A DNA stretch of 64,000 nt from Paraspadella gotoi (GCA_051294375.1 CM119270.1:732344-796343), one strand, 5' to 3'; counted from the first letter of the stretch, positions 39,033 to 53,689 are shown. Numbers and translations are program-made. The notes: generated by a model from the letters alone, not told the origin.

Positions 39033-42000
39033 ATGGCGTTAATAACTTGGACGGCCGTTGTTTTTTTATTGATTGGAGTTCTTGAAGGTGAGTCCATCTT
39101 AAATAATTAAGAGTATGTCAATTATTATTTCTATAATATATTTAAATAAAATTTTTCACTATTTAACTTTTTTAACTATTTGGTATACATTATTGCAGGA
39201 ACTGATGAGTTGTTCTTCGTAATTCAAAAAATATTGACGCCCGGATAGCACCATCATCATTCATGAGGTATATTAATTTTATGTTGTGTTACTTTAAGTC
39301 TATACCAATTTTGTTGATTGTTTAAGTCAATGATGAAATTCAGAGATAAAAACTAACTATTACAAATGGACATTAAAAAACGTAACACATATTTAAGATG
39401 ATAATGAAACCCAACTTAGAGCAATTTAGTACTATTTTAGGAATTAGTAACTAATTAGTAAATAATGTAATTTTTATATTTCACTATGAGTTTTTTCAAT
39501 ATTTACAAAGAAGCTCAAATATTCAAAAAATTTCAAATTAACATACTGAATTTCGTTGTACTACTTTTCATTAGGGATTCAGCGATTTGTTTAAAAGACG
39601 ACATCTGTGAAAACATTATGTTGAGTGAAACAATCGCTCCATCACATTTCGAAAACTAAGTGAGTTTAACATGAGATACTATGATACAACTCCTTATTTA
39701 ATAATAGTTAAAATCGATCAGACTTCATTCATTTCCCTACAATTCAGCTCCTTCAACCCCGCCCTGCATTATCTTCCCTGTTTTGGCCACAAAGGCGCAT
39801 TCTCTGCTCACTCTGCATGACCCGAATCCCGCGGGTCCCGTCTGGTCCGCCTTGACTTTCTTGACCCAGATTTACTTCGATAAAAGGTAGTGAATGTTGA
39901 CCAAATTTAAATGTTAGAGGAAACAGCGTTGTCTAAAACAGTGTAGGTATTGATACTTAAGTTAAAATATAGTAGTTCAGAAATCTTTCAATATTCCCAT
40001 TTTAAAAAAAAATCTTAATTTTTTATAGGCATATTCTGATAGACCTTGCTAAGTTAAACCAAAAAATTTAATTGCAACATTTTAGTATTTTTGACATTTT
40101 ATGGGTGAAAATAAGCAAAAGTGTTACAATTAACATATGATGATGATGATGATTTTTTTAAAAAAGCTTTTCCCGATTTTTGACCTAATTATCGTCAAAA
40201 TTAGCTCTCTAAATCTGATTTTACTAAAATTGTAAGGAAAATCAATATAAAAATTTTAAAACTCTTTTCTTAGAAAAAGGGTCATTCAATTCAACTTTAA
40301 AATAGGCTAAAATGGAGTACAAATTCAGAAAGCTGAGCTCCTGGCGATTCCGAAAATGTATTCACTTTAAGCATTTGATGCATTCTACCCCATTTATATC
40401 GGTTTTAATTATAATATAAAATAAAAGAACCTATCTGAAGAGTTGCAGGTCAAACGAAAAGGCCAATCCACCTGATATTTTTTTATGAATTTTTATTACT
40501 GAATTAGAAAAATATAATAGAGAGACATTTTTAAATTTCAACTTGCATCCTTGAAAATGAAACGTTTTTAAACTTTAACCCTGAATTCTTTCTAACTGGA
40601 ACGCGTTTATCAAAATGTCTCTCTATTACATTTTTACAAATGTTTTTAAGATTGCTAATCAAATTTTTAATTCAATATTATTGCAGTCGTTTAGGCTGCA
40701 ACTCTTCAAATTCAGTGTAGATTCATTGTAGCTCGAATTTCTTTACCATCTATTTACTGAAGATTTGTTCATGACTGGAAAACCAACAGAGTAACGAGAT
40801 TAATTGCTTAATTCTCCCCTTCTAAACTATCCCATACCGTGTTTTAACTTTCTTATCTAGAATTTTTTAACAACCAGATGGAAAAACAAATCGTTAAAAA
40901 ATGTGCTTACCCATTCAACTTAACAATTTTGTTATTTACCCATTTAAAAAAAATTATTGAAAACGGAATGTTTACATATAAATAAGAACTTATTTTTTTG
41001 TGATTACTGATGACTATAATGTATTTCTCGATAATTACTCTAACACATCAATGATTACGTATTGTTATGCTGAATGACCTTTCCTCTTAATGAATATTAT
41101 AACGAGTATGAATAAGGCTCAATGAAGGCTGAAGAGTACTATTCGCAACTTCTTTAACACTTTAGCAGCCATGGAACGGGCCCATGAGCATTAAGGTATA
41201 GTAAATTTCTAAATTTAATTTTAATTAAAATTCTAAAAGTGAAGAACGAACAACATTATACTAATGAACATTTATGTAATAAAAAAATTTATAATAAATT
41301 TACTATTTACGCAGTATGGCCATAATTATACTAGTATTAATCCAATAAATGTTAAAATTTCAAAACAGTTTTTTCTAAGATTTTTTGCTGATTTGGATTC
41401 GTCATAAAAAGTTGATAAAAGAAATATAACTCTTTTTGAACAATTCCTTCATTAAGTGGGTCAAAATTAGAAAAGTTATATTTTAAGCTGAAAATTAACT
41501 TTTTATATATTAAATATAGTTTTTTTAATATTAAACCCACTTAATGAAAGAATTTTTAAAAATGATTTATATTTTCTTTATCAACATTTGACGAGGAATT
41601 CAAATCTGCAATCAAAATTAAGAAAAGCTTATTTGAAAATTTTCGATTTTATAAGGATAGTACTATATATAAATATAGCCTACTGCGAAAATTAAAAAAA
41701 CATAAAATTAATTTTTTTTACAAATTAATGTTTACTGGATGGTATGTTGTTCATAATTGACTTTAGAATTTCCGTACGTAACTTTCACTACGCTCTAATG
41801 AGCATGGAATCAGGCTTGGTGCTTTCCACGAAAATGTATTCAGTATAAAGTATAAAGTTTCATTAGGATGAGGTTGCCAATTACCAATTCAACACTTTTA
41901 ACCCACCCCATTGATTGATTGATTGATTGGCTCCATTAAAGCTCTTCTGACAGCACGAAATTTTTCAATATGGCGACAACTGGAACCAAACCGATTTGGT

Positions 42001-42089
42001 TTTTATTTCCTCAAAGAACATGTGTTGTAAATCTTCATCTTATTGCATATACTGCTAAATACAATCATCCGATCGGTGAATGGATTCAG
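39033..42089 (+). pseudogene. Inverted partial copy of pentraxin-like gene A (exons 1-5 only), frameshifted as assembled
   Basis: ATG GCG TTA ATA ACT TGG at 39033; matches A exons 1-5 with 1-bp deletions. The duplicated arm ends at about 42562, before exons 6-7. Confidence 0.65.
40273..41086. mobile_element. Non-autonomous TIR element (MITE-like, PIF/Harbinger-type TTA target duplication), 814 bp
   Basis: TIRs gaaaaagggtcattca and tgaatgacctttcctc (13/16 match); tta on both sides (40270-40272, 41087-41089). The empty site is visible in the other arm at about 25427-25430. Confidence 0.8.
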
Positions 42090-42558
42090 GCAAGTTAGTT
42101 GTTACATTGATTAATTATTTGTTATTATTGGTTATATACAATTGCTCTTTTATTATAGTACATATCTGATTGTGATGTAGAGTTTCAAATGAAGGTATAT
42201 GAGTTTTGGTGAAGCTTATCTAAAAACTAACAAAAAGTTTACACAAACACAATAAAAATTGATTGAGAGATAAAATTTTAGCTTTCTTAATATAACATGG
42301 TTGAAAATGAGCTTTCACTTCCTAATGAGATTAAATTTATTTTTTTGATAATCTCCACATGTGAATGCAATTGATGATAAGTGCAATATCTTAGAAGTAC
42401 TAAGTTAACTCTTAAAAAATGTAAAAATCAATCAAAATTTTAGCTACTATTTAGGCTGATTATGAAGGCGGAACAGGTTACAAACTAACTGAAGTCCGGT
42501 ATAAATATTGTTAATGTTTTATTAAAGATCGTGAAAAAAAATTTAACGGATCTGATAG

Positions 42559-42595
<37 letters not shown>

Positions 42596-43231
42596 TCTTT
42601 TTTTCTCAGGATATAAATAAGAATATGACCTTATTTATATCTAATTTATATTTTTTTGCAAGTTTAGTCCACTTGAAAAAGGATCAATAAATCGAACAAA
42701 AAATATTGTTACATTTAAATTAGATATTGCAGCGTGGCTTAAGCGAAAAGTAGAAACCTAAAAAGTTTTATTTCTACTGCTTTTAATATATATCAAATAA
42801 AATCGTTGTAAAAAATTCAAAAACTTTGCTAATCTCTTATAACAACGAAAGAAAGGATTATACCATTAATACTAATATTTATCAAAAATCAAACGGGGAA
42901 TTCTTAGTATCATATCATTATATCGTGTGCAAACTTTGTATTTTTCTTTGTGTTGCTTTTTATTCATCATTATTTATTATCTCTCACTCTCTCTCTCACT
43001 CTCTCCCTCTCTCACTCTCTCCCTCTCTGACTCTCCCTCTCTCGCCGAGGAAATTTCAATTTATTTTGGCATTTCGGATAAAGTCGTGGGAATCGCGCGA
43101 GAGAGAGAGAGAGAGAGAGAGAGANNNNNNNNNNNNNNNNNNNNNNNNNNNNNNCTATTTTCCTATCGTGGTGTCTTGTACCAATTTATATATATGGAAC
43201 TTGTGAAGACAAAACTCGGACTAGGCATCTA

Positions 43232-43281
<50 letters not shown>

Positions 43282-43755
43282 GAAGAGAGAGAGAAGAGAG
43301 AGAGTGAGAGTTTGTTTCTATGTTCAGTGGGCCGAAGAGAGTCTCGCTTGTTTTTGGTCCCAAAAAGGTTCTAATATGATCCATTCATACAATAAATAAA
43401 CTATCTTGCATTTGACTTTGGACACTGGACATTCTTTAAGGTTTAAGGCCTCCATCACTCCATCACTCCATCACTCCATCACTCCATCACTCTTACAAGA
43501 TAATGACATAGCAGGTCCATGCTTGCTTTCAATCAAGACTCCCTCACAGTCTCGTTTATTCACTTCCGAAATACCTGGTTTTCTTTTCAATGAAGTAACA
43601 TAATATTTCAAAGAATGTTTCAATTGTATAAAAGTGTCAAGTCCTTGAAACTCCCTTGAATCAAATTCATTGATCATTCTTTCTCAATCATTTATATTTT
43701 ACCTTATGTATCGCTCTTCCTCCCTTTTTTTTCTCTCTCTCTTTCTTTCTGTTTC

Positions 43756-43828
<73 letters not shown>

Positions 43829-45809
43829 CTCTCTCTCTTTCTCTCTCTCTTTCTCATTTTCTTTTCTTCTTTTATTTTGTCCTTTTGTTCTCTTTTTCCC
43901 TCTCACCTCTCTCTCTCCTCTTCTCACTCTTTATTCGTACTTTTTCTTTTCTTCTCCTCTCTTCTACAACTTTCCCTCCCACTTTTTTTTATTCCTCAAA
44001 CTTATTTTTATCTCTCTTCCCCATGACTCCTGGCCGATGAGAACCGGTACCATATTTTTCTAAAAGCGACCACAATACGCTCCTAAATTAGAATGTTTAA
44101 GATCCATATAGAAGAATTAGATGAAAAATTGGCAATAGATTGTGATTAAAAGGTAAGGTAGTAAGTGTTAGTTTAATTAAGGTTATGGATTAAGACAGAA
44201 GTTAGGGTTTAGAGTTAAATAGGTCTATATATATAGAAGATTGTGGGGCAAATATTTAGATTATAATTTAATTCAGGGTATCAAGAACAGATATGGATCG
44301 CTCTAGTAAAATGGGCCAAAATATAGTATCCTCTTTTCTCAGCCCCATCTTCATTCCCACCCTTCTAGACCCCCACGATGGGTTCCCAAGGTGCAAAACG
44401 AAATTCAACTATGGTAAGCGATTAAAAAGTTCTGCTCACCATTTTGAGAGAAGAGATTTTTATTGAGAAAAATTAGGTTTGACACGAGAGAAAGAAGGAG
44501 AAAAGAGAGGGAAGAGAGGCAGAGAGAGAGGAAAAGCGGGGGAGGGAGAGAGAGAGAGGAAGAAGGAGAAAGAGGAGGGAGAGAGAGAGGAGGGAAAAAA
44601 GAAGCGGGAGAATGGGAGCGAAGTAAATGAGGGAAGGCAAAAAGGAAGAGAGGGAGAAAGGGGAGAGAGAAGAAGAGCAGAGGAGTGGGAGAAAAAAGAG
44701 GGAGAGAATGGAGGTAGATTGAGGGAGAAAGGGGGAGGAATTTACGGGACTTATTCCCTTTTCTAGTCCTCTCATCTCTCTCTCCCTCCGTCCTCTGCTC
44801 CCCCTCTCTCTCCTCTCGCTCTCTCTCTCTCTCCTCTCTCTCCTCTTCCTTCCTCTCCGTTCTCTCCTCTCCATCTCCCCCCCTCTCTCTCTCTCTATCT
44901 CTCCTTTCTCTTTTTTTCTCCGCCTACCCCGCCTTCCCTCTCGGAACTCCAAAGCCGTTGGAAACGTTTCGCACCAGTAAAACTTCGCATCGCAAACGGC
45001 GCCCACTTTTCGGTCGTCCGTGTCGTCGTCTGTCGTCTTGGGCGCTAAAACCGCAGCTTTGAAAGAAAAAACCCTTTGACCCTCCAAGTGATACACCTTT
45101 CGTGGATTGACACGCGAGAGAGGAGAGAGAGAGAGAGAGAAGAGGAGAGAGAGAGAGACGAGAAGAGAGAGAGAGACGAGCAGAGAAGAGGGGAGAGAGA
45201 GAGAGATGAGAGAAATTCGCACGCGACCAAGAGAAAAGCATAGAAAACTGTTTCACACAGACAGGAGCGGGACAGGCTATCCTGACGGACGCCCTGAACA
45301 GACATTCGGAACAACGATTGACAACAGACAGAGAGAAAGAGAGAGGTAGAGAGAAGAGAGAGAGAGAGACGAAGAGAGAGAGAGAGAGAGAGGGAGGAGA
45401 GAAAGAAGAAGAGAGAGAGAGAGAGAGAGAGAGAGATGAATACATAATTTAACTTAAATAATCAATATTTGCCAACAATTCAAAACTCCTAACTCAGCAC
45501 TCGTTTTTGCCTCTGCCCTTAGAGCTCGCCCTAGAAAATAGCCTATATTTTGCCCTTGACTTTGTCTCACAAATACTCGCCTTGGATTTTGCTCTTGACT
45601 TTGTCTCACAAATACTCGCCTTGGATTTTGCTCTTGCAAGGCCTTGGGCATCAACCATCTTCCGTCTTCTGATCCAAAAGTTTATCTGAAAGTTCGACGC
45701 GAAAATAAATTATGAGTTAATCAGTTTAGCGGATTTAGTGGCGTAAAAGATTTAGATTTAGAAGTTGAGAGCAAATAAGGTGGACAATGCCTATGAAGCT
45801 GACTGTGTG

Positions 45810-46325
45810 AGATATTGTGATGCATACAAATTGTGATGTACACAGATTGTGATACAGACGGATTGTGATGCATACAGATTGTGTTGCAAAGAGATTGTGA
45901 TGCACGCAGATTGTGATACAGACAAATAGTGAGGCAGACAGATTGTGATGCAGACAGATTGTGATATAGACAGATTGTAATATGGACAGATTGTGATGCA
46001 TACAGATTGTAATTCTTCAGTCGCGTTTTTGGCCGAGTAACAATTTGTAACTTTCTCTCGTTTAATTTCTTTTGTTTTACCTTATTTAATATAACTATAG
46101 TGAATACTTAATCCTCCATTATTATATTAGGCTAAATAGATTCGTCAGTTAAAACAGTTATTACAGGAGCTAGTAATAAAGACGATAAAGACGTGATACA
46201 GACGGATTGTGATACAAACAGATTGTAATATGGACAGATTGTGATGCATACAGATTGTCATGTACAACGATTGTGATACAGACGGATTGTGATACAGACT
46301 TATTGTGATACAAACAGATTGCGAT
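45810..46325. repeat. Degenerate 18-20-bp minisatellite in two blocks
   Basis: cagattgtgat(g/a)ca(t/g)a units at about 45810-46012 and 46190-46325. A separate 39-bp tandem duplication lies at about 45545-45636. Confidence 0.85.
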
Positions 46326-47889
46326 GAAAGAATTTGAAGTCAGCGCACGAATTTTCTTCTCTTTACTTTTGTGTTCGAAGTCTACTCTCCCGCTCNNNNN
46401 NNNNNNNNNNNNNNNNNNNNAAGCATATGAGAGAACGAGCAGAGAGAGGAGGACTTTGAGAGTTTCTGCTGACGAGAATCTAATGATCTGGTAATAAATA
46501 TGGGACATAAACGACGAGTCGATGATATTGGCGCGGATAACAGATAGATAGAATACGCGGTATATTCATATGTTTCCATAGAGCATATAGTGAGCACTTA
46601 TACTGTCCTTATCCATAGTTCGGAGACACTCTCATGGAGCAGAGTCGCGAGATATATATGTATATGTCTTCTACACAAGTCGGAGCATATCTCGAGCGTG
46701 ATTGGCACTTAATACGGATTGTTTGACTGTAGTCGATGTCCCGCGTGTCTAGCGGATTATGACCTGCTTCGCGCCCAGGGCCGTGGCGGGTTGACTTCGG
46801 GCGTCTGGCCCCTTCACGCCTTCCGTTCTCGTTCGCGGGATCCTCACCGCGGGGGCGTGCCTCGAGCGCGACGCAATCACAATTGCGTACCTGAGCTCCC
46901 TGACGGCGTCCCCCGCTCGCTAGCCCTGCGTATCTTGGGGGCACGCCCACAGGAATGCCACGTCGAGGTCTAGGGGTACAGCCCCGCCTGGCTTCGGTGC
47001 GAGAGAAAGCCATGTCCCGCGAGGAGCCACTGGGACCACTCTTGTCACGACGCCGCTCGAGAGAGACACGTGGAGCGAGCGATACCGTAGGCGAGCAGCG
47101 GAGCGTCTCAGAGCGCGCTTAGCGATAGGATCTAACTAGTAGTATCTCTATCGCGTATGAGTACAGCCGACGCTAATATAATATATGTAGTACTATACTA
47201 ATCGCAAACTCTCCGCCGTCTCGAACGAGACTGCGAGGGCGGAGACCAGCGTTATGAGAGAGAGCGTTTACTTCTTGTAACTATTCATCTACGACTCCAC
47301 TAGACAATAAACAAAGTACCTGAAAGAAATTGAGAGAGGTGTTACAGAGGGAGTTAGTACCACTGTTGAGGCGTTCAAGCCATGGAATATCCGTACAACC
47401 CTCTCAAGTATAAATTGTAATTTGTTAATTTGGTCAACAGTCATAATAATCTAGGACAATCTGCTCGAGGAGAGAGTTCATGGCTCTAAACCATTTAATG
47501 TAGTCGTGCAACGAGATCGACTCGAGACAACTTTAGATCTATCCGAAGTTGGTTGGGGGTAAGAGTTCGAATTTAATTCACCTGCATCCGAGCTCTAAAT
47601 AGGAATTGAAAGAGGAAAGCGAAGTATATAGATATCCACCGTGTATGTAGATAAATGTGAGAGTTTTCGAGATATTATTTTCTTGAATACCATGGTTTTT
47701 CACCACCACTCAGATATCGCATTCCGTAGTAATTTTTGTTTTTCCATTAAACTTGACAAAACTCGCCCACTTGTACTACTTCACTTTTTCATCTCTCACA
47801 ATTTTTAAGTATTATTGTTTATACTAATTAGAGAATCAAACCACTTGTTGCTAAGCTAAATTAAAACCTTAAAAAAAAAAAAACGCAAA

Positions 47890-48887
47890 GCAAATGGGAC
47901 GCATTACTTGTCGAACCGGTGAAGGAAAAGGTTTCCGAGACGGCGGAGAATTCTCGGTTCTCCTTTGGATCAATCTTCCCATGACAGGGATGGAGGATCT
48001 CCCCACGGAGGACGGCGCACAACTGCATCTTGAACTACATAACGACTGCAAGTAAGCGTAATGGGTAGAGTGTACAATTGTACAATGCGATACAACTCCT
48101 GGCTCTCTTTTTCCTCAGAAATAGCATCTGCCCTCTACGACGAACACGGCGGGGCCGGAGGTGGCGCAAGATAACTCACTGCTCAGCATTCCCACAGGCA
48201 CTTGGTCAGAACCAGGAAAAAACTCAAGTCCACTGAACCACTTGTCCCAGTCCTCGAAGATTCCTTCCTCTCCTTCGATCAGCATTCAAAGACACCGGAT
48301 AATCTTGCGAAAAAATTGGCGGTGAAGCTCTCGTTTCCATTTGCATATTGTGAGTGAAAATACTTAAATAGCTAAAAATCTTGTCTTATTTGGTATTACG
48401 TGGATTATTTAAGAATTTTTTCCTTTCAATATTATGTTTATAATCCACGAAAAAATTTTTAAAAAGTCAAACGCTTTTATTTTTTCTAAAATGATTAAAT
48501 CATAAGTAATTAAAGAAAATCATTTTGATTTACGCAACGCAATCTTCAAGAGAATGGCCGGCGGCGGGCGCGGCCATCAGGGACGAAAGGCAGGAGGAAA
48601 GAGAAAGAGGCGCGGCTTTCTCCGACAGGAGGCGTCCATGCCGCTGGAAGCAAATCCTCAGCCAAATACGTCCACAGAGGGCCAACGATCTGCTGGACGA
48701 CAGAGGAGGAAGGATCGCGGCATGGGGAGGAAGGGGAAAGAGGATCGAGGAAGAGGCGACGGCGGATGATGGAGAAGAGGTGAAGTCGATTTTGGGGGGG
48801 CAGCGGGGGTGGGTGGGGCCTCATGATGAGAATGGAAATGGTTTGGGGTCCGAAAACATAAAATATCTCGCTAGAACCTTTGCGTTG
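47890..48887 (+). other. Possible exons of a plus-strand gene embedded in error-prone sequence
   Basis: Three GC-richer blocks (about 47890-48051, 48119-48349, 48550-48886) each end at gtaag/gtgagt/gtaagt; the last two follow ttttcctcag and tcttcaag; the second intervening stretch is AT-rich. Frames do not join cleanly. Confidence 0.35.
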
Positions 48888-51800
48888 TAAGTATTTCAGT
48901 ATGATACGTTGGAGAACGAGGAGAGACACGGAGCTTATTTGATTGGAGACTAGTAGCTCACTAATGCAGTTATAGCCCACAAGGAATAGGTGTAAATTGG
49001 AGAGAGTAAATTTACTTAGCAGCACGAGAGTGAGAGTTGTATATGTTACGATTCTATTACGATATACATATATATTAGTTGATCTAGATCGATGATACAA
49101 TTACACTTCAAGAGCACGGGAAGTAAGTGGGAAAGTCAACGGAATGCGACGCGTAGGCGGTGCCAGGTATAGTGAAGAGAAGGAAGCAAGAAAAAGACCC
49201 AAAAGAAGGAATAGGAACAGGAGGAGAGATTATCTGGCTCCAAAAGCGCAAGGAGGCTAGGCTAAGAGCAGCTGTGCAGTGGCGGTGACAGAAGCGGCGT
49301 CAAGAAGACGCCGCTGAGAACGCCACGCAGTAGGCGAGGGAAGCATACACAGAATCGTCATAGGAGCACAAGGCAGCGGAGCTACGCAAGAGAGTCACGC
49401 GATGTCACCAGTTACGATGCTGTACACTATAAGGTCCCAGGTATTATGCATGAAATGTCCGAGAGATTCTTTGCGCACGATTGTAGCGGATCTTGATGGG
49501 TAACCACGTGTCTTATACATCGAGCGATATGTGTGCATGTGCGAGTGAATAGATACATAATCTTATAGAATAACAGAGAGTTCGCATAAAATATAGCCAT
49601 TTGATATATGTGTATTTACAGCAGCACGCTTTTTTAATCATCGAATGAGATTGTGTACTTTAAGCAGTAGGAGTCGAGAGTCGATCGTGTATGGAGAGTG
49701 TATATGTGTCCCATGTCAGCTATATTCGTGGAGTGAATATCTGTAAATTCATCTCTAGGAGATGTGTACACTATATATGAGACTCGTTTTCGCTCGAGGA
49801 CTTGAATATATTTACCGAGAGCACATTCGGGGAAGAGGTCTATCATTAACGTCTACCAGGACCCAGTACATGCAGTGATACTACATATTGTTCAGAAGAT
49901 TCGACAGCGACAGCTCACGCTATCCTCACAAGATAGAGAGATATGTGGAGATAAGCTCGCTATACGATACGTGATCGCATCGACTAGACCAGAAGCGAGA
50001 ACAATCGACAACCACGAGAGCAGGGATCGAGAGCAAGTGCTCACTCTGTGTGGATGGAGAGACGCCAGCCGAGAGACTTCTCTACAGACGACGCTGTATG
50101 TCCAGAAAGAGAGTACTATTATAGCGACGTCCTGGGGGGGAGATAAGACTGGAGAGAGATCGAGGCTAGGAAGACGAACGACCATGTTACGAGTCGAGAA
50201 TGATGAATATGATGATCGCGATAAGTATATATATTAGCCCAGAGTATCGCAAGTGTCGAGTGTAGGACCAGTATATACAGATAGATAGAGAGAGTTAAAT
50301 AGAGAGAGAGGAGATAAGTAGCGGCGAATTCTGAGGTTTAAAGTACCTTCTTATGGAGAGACGCAGTTGATCACAGCCACACGCACGTGATGAGAGAAAC
50401 GTGATGTATATATATATGTGTATTTGTCATCTTGTATGACACAGATATAGTAAGATTTAGGAGAGAGATCGTGGAAGAGAGAAATAGTATCAGGGCATCA
50501 GATCGGAGCGATGCTGGGAGGAGAGGTGGGCGACGAGACTCTCAGGCCTAGCGTGTCTATATGAGAGCGATATCGAGGCGGCCGCTCTCGCTAGTAACAG
50601 ATGTGCTGAATCTGTCTGAGGGAGAGACTGATCGTACACGACACGGAGAGGAGTCTATTCAGAGCCACAACAGATCAGAGTAGTATTCTAGAATACCAGG
50701 GGACATATATAGCGGAGACTAGCGTGTGATAGGAGTGTGAGTTTGATTAGTAGAGTCAGTGAATTGTTTTTAATTATTTTTTCCTTAAGCTGGGGAGGGA
50801 CAGTTTGTTAACACTATATTTCAACTTCTATATCTTATTTTATCCCGCCGTTAGTCCCATGCCGTCACAACACTCCACTCGTTAGACGATCTCGATAGAC
50901 GTTACGTACGTAAAGTCTGGAGCGTAGTGTTACGATACGAACAGAATTATGAAGAAGATGTATTGGTTGATTAAGTAATGTGGCTAGTCGCGTCGCATCA
51001 GGATCATGTAATTCGCATTTTAACAGATATATGATCACTCGATAAATATGTTAAACCTAACACTACAGAAACTATATACAAGCCCCCAATTATCAAATAT
51101 AATCAAATTATATGCAGACAGAAAGAGACGAGGAGTGTAGAAGAGGAGAGGAAAAGAGAAGGAGACGAGATAAGATTCAGTTGTAAGTGACTGTACTTGA
51201 TGAAATCAAAACCGCATGAAGATTGCGACGTATACCTTGATCTCCTAACGAGATAAGACATTCAGTATTTGACACGACTCACGCTGTAAGATGTTTACCT
51301 AGAACTTTTCTCTATCCACGAGATCGAAACATTCAATCGTATACGACTAATTCACATCATCAGATGTACCGGATTTATAAAATGACGAATATGTTTAGAG
51401 ATTTGTTGTGCTCTTTTCTCTCCTCCAAACTTCAAAACGCATACGAGTACATGTGCGAAGGAGTTTCGAGGAGCATCACAGGAACAGAGGGAAAAAAAAA
51501 ACGAACGATCGAGACACTTGTACCGGCACTTACTCTTTTCTTACAGCGCGAGCTTACGAGATATCTTTTCTGGTGGATCGTCAGTCCACAGTATTTTTCC
51601 TGTGCGTTATTAGCATTAATGATCGAATTGGTTGGATAAGGTATTCTATGAATCTTGTTATATATCTAGATAAGATTATAATATGGGTTATATGATTCAG
51701 AAATGTGAATGTGACTATGAATTATTCGGAATAAATAATATAAACAAGGGGTATATATTTATATTCAAGTAATCTGTTTATACAATGAAACATATGTCTT

Positions 51801-53097
51801 TCATAATGTAGAAAGAGAGATAACTGATTAGTAGATAGGATTGAGAAATAATAGAGAGTATATGGATAATATAGAATAGATGATGAGAGATATGCAGAGG
51901 TGAGATAATGTATATATAGTATAGATGATGAGAGATTATGGAGATATAGAGAGAGGTGTGGAGAAATGAGGAGAGCATGATTGTTTAGAGTGAGAAGGAA
52001 TAGAGTATTATACATCGAGTGATTTAATACAGATTATGTCAGAGTATGATATTATTTCTCACTCATTAGATATCATTGCCTACCTCTTAACTCGCCCTAC
52101 TGGGAGGAGTGCGCAGTATTTTGCTTCCCTTATCAAGAGTGCTCTATGTTAGGTATAGACGCGGGTGTAAGTGGTTCATGACTTGTTTACTGCTAGGTTA
52201 TCCAGAATGCCGGCTGAGGACTTTTTTTGGTCCTCCTAGAAAGTGTGTCTACTACAATTAGGAGCGCCTCTAATAGACCGTCGCTGGTTCATAATTGAGG
52301 AGATCCCAGGGAGAGGACTCGCTCACTGGCGGTCCATGAGTGTCATACTCAGGAGTGGGCTGCCCCTTTAATCAAATGACCATAGTTGCTGGCTCTATTA
52401 CCTGTTGGAGAGATAGATGCCCCCTCGAGGGCTAATGATCATTTCTTATATGCATATCCATGTAGTTACACGGCCTAGCCGCAGGAGTCGGAAGTGTATT
52501 TAGGGGAAGATATTGACAGATCTCTTCGCCATCGTCTCGTCCATACTTTCGCGCCATCTATCTTTGCGTACTGCATACTTACATCTCTTCATCTTCCCAT
52601 ACATCTCTTATGCTCTACATTTCGTCTGTAGTCATCATCTCTCCCATCTACATACCTCTTCATAGCTCTTCTCTCTTCTTCTCCCCTCTCTCTTTTTGAC
52701 TTCTGTCTCTCTCGTTTCATCTCGCTCACTCCTGCTGGATCTCTCTGCGTCTTGTTGCGTACATCTACCTCCTCTCCCTCTTTCTACGCTCTCATCTCTC
52801 TCGTCCACATAAGAAATTTTTTATTGATCTTTTATTCCTTCACCATGTCAGGTGGTGGCGGGTGTTTTTGATGGCAGGTGTTAGGTGTGAAACGAGCGAT
52901 GATAAAGTTTCCTCTAAAAAAATTTCTTTATTTTTTTCTTTCTTTTTTTTTTATTAAAGAAAAAGTTTTGGAGTCAAACTTATTTTTTCTCCTCAAAAAT
53001 TGGAAGGAATTTGATTTCATATTAAAAGAAAAAAGATGAGGAAGAGAAAAAGGGAGTGGGAGAAAGAGAGAGAGAAAGAGAAAGAGAAAAGAGAAGA

Positions 53098-53128
<31 letters not shown>

Positions 53129-53689
53129 CGAAGAAGAGCAGAGGGAGAGAGATAAGGAAAGTGACGAAGATTTTGGTAAAATCGATTCACTGTTGAGGTT
53201 AGTAACAATTTTAAATACATTATTTTGTTATAATAATTTTATTAATGATTATTCTCAAAAAAATGTATATATATTATATATATTATATTATAAATTATGT
53301 ATTATTTATAATTTTTTATCAAATGTTTTAAACATTTAGTAAATTTTGATTGATTAAATAGATTTTATTTGAAATTTGTTCTGATTTTATTGATATTTAA
53401 ATATTATTTATAAATATTTTTATAATATTTAATTTTAATCTATTTATCTTTACATTATAAAAATAGTAATCCACTCCATATGGCGTGGCCACCGGATTTC
53501 GTTTCTCGACTGAAAGAATTTCATTTAGTGAATTCAAAAAGTTGAGAAAAAAAAACAAACGAAGTTCACTGTACGAAAAACTGGAAAAAATAGAAAAAAA
53601 AATATAAAGATTATGATGATAAAAGATTAGCACAATTCGAGAGGGAGATGATAAAAGAAAATAAAAAACTGGGAAAAAAATTAAAAATT

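Larger units (their letters stand above)
23940..42562. repeat. Large inverted duplication: arms about 23940-32926 and about 33120-42562, with a 25-N gap near the centre
   Basis: Continuous reverse-complement match, e.g. gctctatcagaatccgttaa (23941) vs ttaacggatctgatagagc (42543), and cctttgtcggatataatg (32909) vs cattatatcgacaaagg (33119). Confidence 0.95.
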
